The notes under the pieces were generated by a model, which ran no database searches, was not told where the DNA came from, and saw only the letters and a program-made list of their open reading frames with translations. Below, piece after piece: positions 1 through 12,300 of a stretch of 64,000 nucleotides of DNA. Position 1 is the stretch's first letter; every line of letters starts with the position of its first letter. This DNA comes from Lingula anatina (lineage: Eukaryota; Animalia; Brachiopoda), in assembly GCA_051362555.1 (NCBI GenBank), contig CM120648.1, positions 11,466,587-11,530,586 of the forward strand. The letters run 5' to 3'. The position numbers were made by a program, and so were the translations under genes.

Positions 1-1572
1 TCAACATTCTGAAATCAATGCGCATTTACTGCAGCGAAGGGATCCGCTTGAGTTGGATATGGATGTTAGTGATTAAATCAGGATTTCCGTCAACCGAGGA
101 GTAATAGAATATAAACGACAAAACAGGATTTAGTGATATTTTGTAATATTAAGCCAATCTTACATTTAAAATTATTTATCAATATTCCAAATCATCCCGG
201 AAAATTTTACCGGGTCGCATGTAATGTATAAGGGGGGTCAATATGATATAAAGGTCTATATTTGATATTTCCCCGTTTCTTAAATTAGATTTAATTATTT
301 TAATATTAGCGCATGGAAAATTTACAGTTTAGAGCACCCCCCCCCTTCTTGCTGTTATATGGGCTTTAAACGGTGCTGATACACTGTAGCTGTTCAGGCG
401 ACAGAAAGATGATTTGAATAGAAGAGTAAAACAGAAGAGTATACACGGAGACATGCATGTTTAACAGAGTGAGACTTGTGTAAATGGATCTAGCTGTAAT
501 GGTTGTTTCTCATAACACGTCTCGCTCAGTGTAAATCATATATTTGTGTTTTGCAAAGGGCCAATACGCTATTCATACAACTACTTTACCACTGGACCTT
601 TTGTCGAGGGATTATTTTTTAGCTGTATTATTGATCTGGAGCTTTTTCAATGCTGTGCAGAGAAATTGCGCAGTCAGGTTGACAACTCATTCGAGTCACT
701 GTGAGACACCATTTAGGGGAGAAGAAATTAGATTCCAAATTATCTGAAATTTTATCATAACAGGAAATTTGCGAAAATTTCCGGTAAGTTCATCAAGGAC
801 ATTTACATACTAGTTTTACCAGTTTAACTGAGTTAGGCAGAAGCCTTTCAGCACTGCCTGACGCGGTAGTTTTAAAGGAAAATGTTAACTACAAACATAG
901 TCAATATCTACAGCCACAGGATAATTTTTTTGATTTTTCACTGGATGTTCACAGATACGTCTCTGGCTACTTCATAACACTGCCAGATAAGAAAAAACAC
1001 AATCTACGGCTCTGGTAGAGCGTTGTGGAAACATGTCCCTGTCTTCTACTAGTGTTATGAGAAAATATTCTACATGTTAAAAGATGTAGGATATATGGGT
1101 AACTTAGAAAATGTTTTTTTTTTCTTTCTACTAGTTTTAGATACATGTATGATGTAGCAAAAATCAGTGATAAATCCATTTTTTGTTTGCTGAATCAAAG
1201 GTCTGATACAATGTATATACTTGTCTACATGTGCATTATTCTGTATTTTCAAACTACATATACCGAATGTAGATGTGAAAGCTCTTGGCAACATTAGAAG
1301 CGTTTTATTTTTAAAGACCACTGCTTCTCAAAATGTACATGGACCTCGTTTAAACATGTTTGTCCTTTATTGGAAACAAAACAGTCATGCCGTGTGGACA
1401 AAAAAAGTTGCAAATGAGTCCATAAAGGCAACGAAGATGACTTAGATAGCTTCGAAAGTCCACTACTCCCGTCCGTTCACAGTGTAGTTCGTGTAGTAAT
1501 TGTTAAAAACAAAATGAATAGATTTTGTTTGAATTGCTTGAGTAATTATTCCGCAATTTCTTATCACAGACC

Positions 1573-2617
1573 ATGGAGAAAGAGCACAAGGAGCGACTTA
1601 GAGTGAACAGAGTGGCCCTTATAGACGACTTGATGGTGAACGAGGTGTTCTTGAGCGAGCTCGTGGTCTGTAACCTCATCTCAGACTACGACATAGAGAA
1701 AATCAAGGTACATTCATTGATTTGTAAATGTAGTTACGGTCACCTGGCGGTAATGAGATACATGTATGGCTATTTCATTTTTTTACAGTACAGTATATGC
1801 GTGGTGCACTTATATTGGCGAGAAATTTTGAAGAGATGTGCTGCAACTCCTTTTCAGAGTTTCCATCATTGCTTAAAGTATCTGGTAGTTAGTAAACTGA
1901 AAGTAGCACAATTTTAAAACTAAATTGTCAAGTGTTTCAGAAACCCTAACGAAATTTCTCATGAGGTTCTAAAAGAAATGGCCCTAGAATTGTAATAAAA
2001 AGGGCCTACAGGACATACTTCTCAGATCTGATTTTTATATGATGATATAATTCCTGTCGAGTCCCAAAGAGTACTGTAAAGTACTGTAGAGCTCCTGAGT
2101 TCCATAAAGAACTATAGGACGTCCCAAAGGAAATTGCCAAGATTAATGGAGTTTAAGGTTAAAATAACAACCCGTGAAATAATTGAAATGATGAAAACAT
2201 GCCAAATTACTTGTGTTTTCTATTTTCAAGTTTAGGTCCTTTTTTTGAAACTCTATTAAAGTTCTAAAGTCATATTACTTTATTAAGATTTGCAGACGTT
2301 ATTCTGTTTTCTTAAATATTCTTATGGCCCCATTTTATCTCATATTAGCGTTATTTTTACTATACTATTTATACTATACTGTCAAACTGCATTTTTATTT
2401 TGAATTTACTAGTTTTGTGTAGTGACTGTATATTTGAAAGTTTTTCACTCTAATTTAGATTTTTTTCTTTTTTAGTCTATTCCCACAAGATATGACAAAG
2501 CAGGACACATCTTGGACGTGGTGAAAACCAGAGGTCCAGAGGCATTTGAAAAGTTCCAGGAGGTTCTGAGGAATACAGAGCAAAGGCACCTGGCAGACCT
2601 TCTGGACAGGCCTTCTG
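1573..2617 (+). CDS. CARD domain (exons 1573-1707 and 2476-2617)
   Basis: Spliced translation [45 protein letters not shown]|[43 protein letters not shown]. It has the M-x3-H-x3-LRxNRxxL start, the LDxxxxRGPxAF motif and the QxHLADLL end typical of caspase-2/caspase-9/RAIDD/CED-3-type CARDs. Confidence 0.9.
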
Positions 2618-3256
2618 GTGAGGTGTTCTATACAAGTACCTGTACTTACAATAAAACACATATGAAGTATTTCTTTCAGAATTTTCAGGAGGTTGTTAGT
2701 GAATTTGATGAAGGGGAGTGTAATGATATTATAATTAATTTTTTGTCATTAGGTAAAATAGTACCAATGTAAATATAAGTGGATAGATACAGAGGTAGAT
2801 ATTTTGTAAGCCGAAGCACAAGAACTGAGTAGTACATTAGCTTGCCAAAAAACGCTCAGAATGGATTGTAATCGAATTCAAGTAAACAAAAGTATCTGAA
2901 ACCCACAGCTAACACAATTCAGGTTTTCAGTCTAAAAGACACGTCATTTGGTATGGTTACTCTGACCAGGAAATTATATCGTTGAGTACGATATTATTCC
3001 CTGCACTGACAACAATAGAGTATTAATAAGAAGTCTACAAACTTTAGCAAGACAGGCACATTAATTCACCAAAGCGGTCAAGCCTCACAACCATAAATAA
3101 CACTCGAGTATATATTGTGAACCCCATTACTTGCTTACTTGCTTCACCAAAGCGGTCAAGCCTCACAACCATAAATAACACTCGAGTATATATTGTGAAC
3201 CCCATTACTTGCTTCTTAGGCGCATCTCAATTTTTGTCCCAATATGCTAGAGATTT

Positions 3257-3323
<67 letters not shown>

Positions 3324-6300
3324 TTAATAATTGCATCACATTACTTCTTAATATCTGTCTTTATTAGTACCACCAGCGTGTATGCTGGCGGTACTCATGG
3401 TTTTAGTGTCAACCAGTCTCGTACAGCTCCGCCGGTATTAGACATTTTGATTCAGAACAGTTAGATGAGCGTGTTTATAGCCCTTGGATAATCTCCTTGG
3501 TTTTTAATGTCTTTTTATACGACAATCTACTTAAGATCATTAGCTAAGAATGTAGGTTAATTTAATTTCAATTCAATTTCTTCCTGTACTGGTACATACA
3601 TAATTGTGACAATGTACAATATGATATAACATAATTGGTGCAGTACCATTATGTGATTGATTTTTGCATTGCCATTTTGCAAATTAACGTAAAGCTAGGG
3701 GATAATAATAAAAATAATAATAATAATAATACAAGGACATCTTTTATTAATATTTTGCGTAAAAGTGTGTAGGTGTAAAACATTTTTGATACATATAATT
3801 GTATTCATTTACATTTAATTTACCCACCACGTGATTAGTTTGGGTGTGAGTGTACAAATCCGTTAAAGAAAGACAAGTACAATAATATCTTTCTCTAAGG
3901 ATGTATATACATGTATAGTCACAGGGATTTCTCCTCATTGCAAAGTGACTATAACATGGAAAAATAGCTACCGAATTACAAATAAAAATAACATAAATAA
4001 TAAAAAAACACCTCTCCCTCCGGCTATCGGAGCAGTACACGTACACCAAAAAGACTACGTGCTATGTGTAATCAAATCTAGTCCCGAGCATAAAAGGCCC
4101 AGACCCCATGTTTATTACACCCTGGCTGGGCCCATTCTTTATGGTGTCTTTGCAAATGTTAACAGCATAATGGGAGAGTTAAATGACCAAGTTAATTGGC
4201 CAAGCTGCCGGTGTGTTTGTATGTCATGTGCAGGAGATGTCTTAGATCAAGGCACATATTATGATACTTACAGGTGTGGCAAATGAGATGTACTTGTATT
4301 TCATTACCTGTGGTTTGTAAAATACATCAGAGGATGATACTTTTAAGATGTTTAATGTTTAAAGAAAAGACATGTAGATTGATTTAGTAACATTTACTAA
4401 AGAAATGTTAAATTAAAGGTGGGCTTCATTTATGCCTTGATCTAAGACATTTCCTGCACATGTCATACAAACAAACTGGCAGCTTGGCCAATTGACTTTG
4501 TTAATTAACTTGCCCATTATGCTGTTATCAATGCAAAGACACCATAAAGAATGGGCCCAGCCAGGGTGTAATAAACATGGGGTCTGGGCCTTTTATGCAC
4601 GGGACTAGATTTGATCCGGGCCTTTGACATATGAGTTAATAATTGCATCACATTACTTCTTAATATCTGTCTTTATTAGTACCACCAGCGGGTATGCTGG
4701 CGGTACTCATGGTTTTAGTCTCAACCAGTCTCGTACAGCTCCTCAACCAGTCTCGTACAGCTCCTGCGGCTCTGCCAGCTCCTACGGCTCTGCCAGGTCC
4801 TGCGGCTCCACAGGATGACGTGGGATACAAGTCACTGTTACCGATTCTCCTAGACCGCAAGGACCTATGTCCCCATCTCTTGGATTTAGGTCACATATAA
4901 TCTCAACCTGAACCCCCTGGTTTTTATATTAATAAAGAGTTGTGATCACATTCATTCCAAGCATGTCAACGATGAATTTTCTGATATTTTCCATGGCCTT
5001 GGCTGTTTGAAGCAAGGTGAGGCAAAACTTCACATCGACAACATACATCCCGTAGCACAGCGTTATAGACGCATCCCGTTCCACGACGTCAGGATACACA
5101 TACAGGGTGTCATTGAGAAAGCTACCGGGTACAGGTCCTACGCCCAGGGTGTCTCCCACTGTAGTTGTTCCCAAACCGAAATCACCTGGGAAAGTACGTG
5201 TCTGTATAGATATGCGCGCAGCAAAAAAGGCGTTAGAAGATAAATACATGCAACACCGACGCTTGATGAATTAAAAACATGTTGACTGGCGCCTGCTATT
5301 GTTTCGAAACTTGATCTTAATCAAGGGTACAATCAACTTGAATTACACGAAGATTCTCGTTATATCACTACATTTGCCACTCACCTTGGCCTCTACAGAT
5401 ACCGTCGATTATTTTTTGGAGGGAATTTAGCAAGTAAAATATTCCAGGAAAGCATTAGACAAACTTTGTCTGGAAAGGAGTCGTGAACATCAGTGATGAC
5501 ATTTTATGTAACGGGACATCGCAATCTGACCACGACAACAACCTACGTGCTCTTTTTCAACGTTTGCGCGAAAGAAATCTAACACTCAATGCAGAGTGAA
5601 TTCAATCAAACATCATTAGAATTTTTAGGACACGTTTTTGGCGCGGAGGGTATTAATGTTATTATCTCTCTATTACTATTGAAATATAGGTTTTACCCGT
5701 AAAAAAGGCATTTTCCACTGACCACAAGGCAGTCAGAACTGGCCTTCCGCACGCGTGACTGATTGTACAATACAATACAATACAATACAATAAATTTTAT
5801 TTCATGTCGGTTACAAATTGAATGGAAACATTAGCTTTACAGCTATTTTTACATAAGCATTAACTTTAGCTTTACAGCTATTCTGTATGATAAGACTGTT
5901 AGGTCATCATTTCGTGAGCAGTTGTTACGAGTACACATGCCTTTATAAGTGGTCTGTAGACTAGCCGTCTGCACTTGACGCATAACAAGCAGGATATCCG
6001 CAAGGTAACTTAATTAGGGCCCTTTTACAGTACACTGGACGGTGTCCTTTCTGCGTCCAGCAGTGCGGCTCCATTTGAGAGTTAAAACATTTAATACTTT
6101 ACTTGCCGACAACTGGCCGATCATTGAGCATTCATTCTGATACAAAATCAATGCTCGTTACTCCTTATACCCCCTTTACACTGGACGGCGTCCTTTCTGC
6201 GTCCTCTCTGCGACCATGAAATTTGGCAACGCTGTGGTCTTAATAAGGAGGCAACCTTATATCGGCTGTAAACTTCCACATGTGCGTCAAACACCAAACA

Positions 6301-9300
6301 CTGATTCTAAAATCAGGCGTAATGATCAAAACAGCAAGAAAGTGATTAAATACTATGCCGATCGTAAAACAAATGTTAAGAAATCTACGTTAACAGTGGG
6401 TGACACAGTTCTCTTGAAGAACACCAAATGCAAAAAATTCCAAGCACCATATGAATCCACACCACTTACAATATGTCGGAAAAATGGAACAATGATTACT
6501 GCGAGAGAGGATTCCACGAGGAGAGAAATAACGAGAAAATCTAGTTTTTTCAAACGTTTTCATTAAGAGTAAAATTTAAAGTTGACAGTTTTATGACCTT
6601 GAATTTGACCTTTGACCTACTTTTTATGATGAACTGCACTTTGCATGTTTTCTGGCCTTCATATCCACAAAATTGGCAAAGAAATGCCCATAGTTTCTGT
6701 TAAACTTGAAAAGGAAGTCATATACTGTGACCTTGAATTTGACATTTGAACTACTTTTTCACCATGAAATTAACTTTGCATAATTCCTTGCCCTTCATGT
6801 CTTCAAAAATAGCAGAGATATGTCCAGTGTTCCCCTAGGTTTTCTCTTTAGTCAGCATATATGTAACACTGATAACACATTTCAAGGAAAACCATAGGCC
6901 TACTGTCTAGAAAAGCACAGGAGTGATCAATGTTAGGAAAACATAGGTCAATTCGAAAATCCACTTGATTGAATCATTTTTACAAAAGTTCTTTTCACAT
7001 TTTATTTATTTATTTATTTTTTATTTGGAGAACTCTTTTTATTGCATTTTATAGACCTCGTCAAGCACAAGACTGGTAGTGGTGTCCCTTTTACTTTTTG
7101 TTTTGGTTTTATGTACTAATGCGCTTACGATCTCCAACTGGTGGTGTTACAATATCTGGAGGAGGTATCGCCTCTCTGATTCTCTAGTTAAAATGTAAAC
7201 ATTGCGACAGAACAGCACATATGTGTGAGTGTGTGTGTGTTATGTGTGGTTGGCAATAATGGTAAATTATTTCATCAAAATGTACAAAATCTATTTTGTG
7301 CGTCAATAATTCTGCTTTTTGTTTGTACCATTGACATCTTTGCTGTCTTGTTTTGAATGCTTCAAAAGGTTGTTATGATTTATACAAAATTTAGAACTAA
7401 AAACCTAAATGTAAATTCCAACTCTTTTGTTCGTGTTCAATATCTTGTATTTTATCAATTTATTTTCCAGAGGACGACGTAATTGCCTATCAAAAGAAGT
7501 GTCTCGATGAAAAGATAAAGGTACTCGGACCCCAGCACCCTGAAACTGCCACCTCATACAGCAGTTTTGGTAGGATTTTGCAGGACATAGGCAAGTATGA
7601 AGAGGCACTTGACTATCACAAAAAAGGCCTTGCACTCAGGGAGGAGATATTTGGACCAAAACACCCTGACACTGTCACCTCATACAGCGATATGGGAAGC
7701 GTCCTTCAGGCCATGGGCAGGTATAAAGCGGCACTTGACTATCACAGGAAATGCCTTGCACTCAGGGAGGAGATACTTGGACCAAAACACCCCAACACTG
7801 CCACCTCATACAGCGATATTGGTTGCATCCTCCATGCCATGGGCGAGTATAAAGAGGCTCTTGACTATCACAGGAAATGCCTTGCACTCAGGGAGGAGAT
7901 ACTTGGACCAAAACGCCCCGACACTGCCATCTCATACAGCAATATTGGTAGCATCCTCCATGCCATGGGCGAGTATAAAGCGGCTCTTGACTATCACAGG
8001 AAATGCCTTGCACTCAGGGAGGAGATACTTGGACCAAAACACCCCGTCACTGCCATCTCATACAGCAATATTGGTAGCATCCTCCATGCCATGGGCGAGT
8101 ATAAAGCGGCTCTTGACTATCACAGGAAATGCCTTGCACTCAGGGAGGAGAAACTTGGACCCAAACACCCCGTCACTGCCACCTCATACAGCAATATTGG
8201 TTGCATCCTCCATGCCATGGGCGAGTATAAAGAGGCACTTGACTATCATACCAAATGCCTTGAAGTCAGGAAGGAGATATTTGGGCCCAAGCACCCTGAC
8301 ACTGCCACCACCTACAGCAATATTGGTAGCATTCTTCAGACCATGGGCGAGTATAAAGCGGCACTTGACTATCACAGGAAATGCCTTGCACTCAGGGAGG
8401 AGATACTTGGATCAAACCACCCTGACACTGCCATCTTATACAGCAATATTGGTAGCATCCTCCATGCCATGGGCAAGTATAAAGCGGCTCTTGACTATCA
8501 CAAGAAATGCCTTGCACTCAGGGAGGAGATACTTGGAACAAAACACCCCGACACTGCCAACTCAATCAGAAATATCGGTAGCGTCCTCCAGGCTATGGGG
8601 GAGTATAAAGAGGCACTTGACTATCACAGGAAATTCCTTGCACTCAGGGAGGAGATACTTGGACCAAAACACCCCAACACTGCCATCTTATACAGCAATA
8701 TTGGTAGCATCCTCCAGGCCATGGGCAAGTATGAAGATGCACTTACTTATCACAGAAAATGCCTTGAAGTCATGGAGGAGCTTCTTGGACCCAAACACCC
8801 TGACACTGCCACCTCATACAGCAATATTGGTAGCATTCTTCAGACCATGGGCAAGTATGAAGATGCACTTACTTATCACAGAAAATGCCTTGCACTCAGG
8901 GAGGAGCTTCTAGGACCCAAACACCCCGACACTGCCACCTCATACAGCAATATTGGTAGCATCCTCCAGGCCATGGGCGAGTATAAAGCTGCACTTGACT
9001 ATCATACCAAATGCCTTGAAGTCAGGAAGGAGATATTTGGACCCAAGCACCCTGACACTGCCACCACCTACAGCAATATTGGTAGCATTCTTCAGACCAT
9101 GGGCAAGTATGAAGATGCACTTACTTATCACAGAAAATGCCTTGAAGTCAGGAAGGAGGGAATACCTGAACCCAAAGAAGCTTTATCTGTGCCTCCAGAA
9201 AAGCAGGCTGATGTTTATCAAGAGGAAACTATAACAGGTATATGAGAATATAAGAATGTTTGTAAATCAAACATTTTACAAATACAAAACAAAAAAACAA

Positions 9301-12300
9301 ACCAAACCAAACAAAACAAACAAACAAACAAACAAAAAATCAAATATACTTTTAATTAAATGCAGCATATACGAGTAATGATCGAGTGTATGGGTGATAT
9401 ATGTCCGAATTGCTTTGTAATTTTAAAAGTTAACAAGGATTGTTAATAAAGATAACCGTGCCACCCAAGAATGCACAAAAAATGTGGTGTCTGATTTGCA
9501 TTGCTCATAATTTAGTTAAGGCTGTGTCTTTCTTTTTATGGCAAGTTGCTCCAGGTCTTTCCCATCTCAGTCTAGAAGATGAGAACACCATACAAGCAGA
9601 GGGACAAACATTGATGCATGCATCACAAGAGAAGGGGTGGGGTATGTCTAGATTTTCACATCTTAAAAATATGTTTCAAATATTTTAGCAGTATATTAAC
9701 TATCATCAACATGCAATGACAGTCCCAGGTAAGCTCTGGTGCCCCTCCCCCCAGATTAAGTGCCTCCCTTTCTCCCTGTCTAAAATAAAGTATGGCAGCT
9801 GACACATTACATCATGCAGTTTTTCTACCTGGTATATCTATGTTCTGAAAATAACGTTGAATATATTATAAAGTACAAGTATGGCAGCTGACACATTGCA
9901 CCATGCAGTTTTTCTAGCTGGTATCTCTATGTATTGAAAATAACGTTGAATATAGTATAAAGTGTCCTCACTTACATCCCTATATGTGATGTCTTTTCAT
10001 GTGTGCTCCATTAAATGATGTGTATTTACAGTTTTTACTCCAGTTAGTGTTTTCGTTTTACTAAAACTGCCTTGCTTAAAATTGCAGGTCAGTTTCCAGA
10101 GGAAATAAATAGACAAGACCCACTACTGCAAGAAGCATATCAACGAGCATGTAAGGATGGCTTTGAAAGAGTAAAGAGGGCCAGGGTGATGCTGCTGGGC
10201 CATTCTGGTGCAGGTAAAACACACCTGAGAAAGCGGCTTCTGGGGAAGGAATATGACGAAGATAAAGATCGAATAACTAATGGCATAGAAACTGACTACG
10301 TTCTTGTGAAGGAGGGTTGGAATTCAGATGAAGCTGGTAAGAATAACGGCAGTTATCCAGAGAGAAAATTGTTTTACTATTGAAATCCATTTATCACATT
10401 TGTTAGTCAAGAAACATAATTGTCTTTTAAAATTTATTTATTAAAATTTCTCACTGTTTATCATGTGTTAATTACTTCAGTAAATACAACATATGGGGCT
10501 TTGGAACAGAAAATAGATATTTCAAGACAAACAGTGAAATAATGTTTTTATATATAGAGTGTCATGGGCCAGCAATATCATGTTTGCTTGCTGAAAATAC
10601 AAGAAAGATACATGAGGAAATCCGGGGAAGTTATGCAGGTAATTCCTTTGTGTGTATAAGAACTAACTACTAGAAATATTACTCGTATTCATAAGTGTCT
10701 TGATATATTAACTGCAGAAACATTTGCTAATGTGAAACAAGAAAACAATTATAAAAAACAAAAACTGCTTTTAGAATGTATGCTCTTATAATTTTCATAA
10801 ATAATTTGAATTTTCAAATAAATGACTGCATGCAGAGTCCACAGAAATGTTACAACCCTTGGGTCGACTTGTGAAGGCAACTGGTGTACAAACAGAAGTT
10901 TTGTGACACTCAAAAGATGCAGTGCACTTATACACTAATACACAGAGATGTAGTATACTAATTTCAGGAACTTGAGTGAGCTTAAGTCAGTAGTTCCTAT
11001 ACACGTGATAAACAAAAAGAAGGAAACAAAAAAGAAAAACGAAAGAAAGAAAACAGGATGAAAAAAAAAAAAAAAACAAAGAATAGTTCAAATGATAAAT
11101 CAAACCATAAGTCTGTCAGTGTTCAGCCATGTGTTTAAGCTTTGGTTCCGAAAAAGAATATGCGATCGAACAATAATGAAATCTTGGAGTTCTCTGTAAC
11201 AATGTGATAGGAGGATTCTCAGTGACATTGCCACTTTCAAGGAATATTAAGTTTGTGGATAATGTTTCCATTATATTTTTATATTTAATTGGTCTGTCTG
11301 TCTGCCTCGTCACCTTGGCTGTTGCTGTTGCCATGGCTGTTGATGTCTGCCACATGATGTTTGCTCATGACTGCCAAACCAATTTTTTTTAAACTGAATT
11401 GCTTTGTTCGGTCAAAACGCAGGTTGCTTTTGAAAACTGGCATGATCGGTTTACATTTATGGTAGTTATTCTTCTTTTTGCACAATTTTGGTGTTGTTTG
11501 ACCCATAACTTCCAAATCATATTTTTGTTTTACTTAAAATTAAGTGAGTGGCTTTGTTGTGTAAAGAGGTAGGTTGCTTTGGGAAATTGGCAGGGCCAGT
11601 TTACATTTAGGTTTAATATTCTGTTTTTTCTTCATGATAATTTCTTTTTTTAACACATGAGCATTTTATGTGGCTATTATAACCCATGGAATTGAATCAC
11701 TTGTTTAATCGTCAATGTCCATGTTACCTGTAGTACATGATGTAAGATGGTAAGAGTGATTATGCTGTTTTAAAGCATGTCACAGTGCACCAGAATTAAC
11801 CAAAATATTTTGTGCACTTTTTTCTGCATAATATCTGAACATTTGACAGCTTTGCTGCCTTGTCTCCTGTATGTTGTTTGTATATTTGCCAGCTGTGTTG
11901 TCTAGTTATCATTTATTTATTTTTTCATTTATTTATTAATTTTTTGTAATTTAATAATACTCCACTACCTTCTTTTAGTAAGAATGGTAAAATGTGATCC
12001 ATCTAATTACATCATTACTGAAACTTTGTTTTATCCATATTTGTCTTACCTTGTTGTAGCAATGCTCTACCACACAGATAAGTTACTTTTTTACCTTTTA
12101 AGTCTCTGTGTACTTTTTTGACAAGCTTCATCCAAGCCTTCAGAAAAGCAGTCTGATGTTAATCAAGAAGAAATGATAACAGGTATATGAAAATATGACT
12201 ATGTTTGAAAATCAAGCATTTTGTAAATATGAAGAAAAAAATCTGAATCATATATATTAAAAATGCAGTATATAAGAGTAAGATTGCATGTATCTGACAT

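Larger units (their letters stand above)
4673..7189 (+). mobile_element. Degenerate HINE (Helentron-associated) element of the same family as 27975-34980, opposite orientation, enclosing Gypsy relics
   Basis: 5' end ttattagtaccaccagcgggtatgctggcggtac (subTIR plus IR), a GC-rich microsatellite-like tract, and ccatctcttggatttaggtcac at ~4873. Satellite-unit remnants tgaccttgaatttgacctttgacctac at 6594-6830. 3' end ctggtggtgttacaatatctggaggaggtatcgcctctctgattctctagtt at 7138-7189. All match the reverse complement of the 27975-31405 element. Confidence 0.75.

Noticed and set aside
4680-4900. Apparent extra exon (ttattag|taccaccagc..., ORFs 4624-4818 and 4694-4900) between CARD and TPR
   Set aside because: The sequence is the 5' subTIR/microsatellite end of the HINE family (reverse complement of 31250-31405), and no convincing donor keeps the frame.
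7597-8913. 438-aa overlapping ORF in the +1 frame of the TPR exon
   Set aside because: A stop-free alternative frame is expected when one 126-bp unit lacking stops is tandemly amplified; there is no independent evidence of coding.
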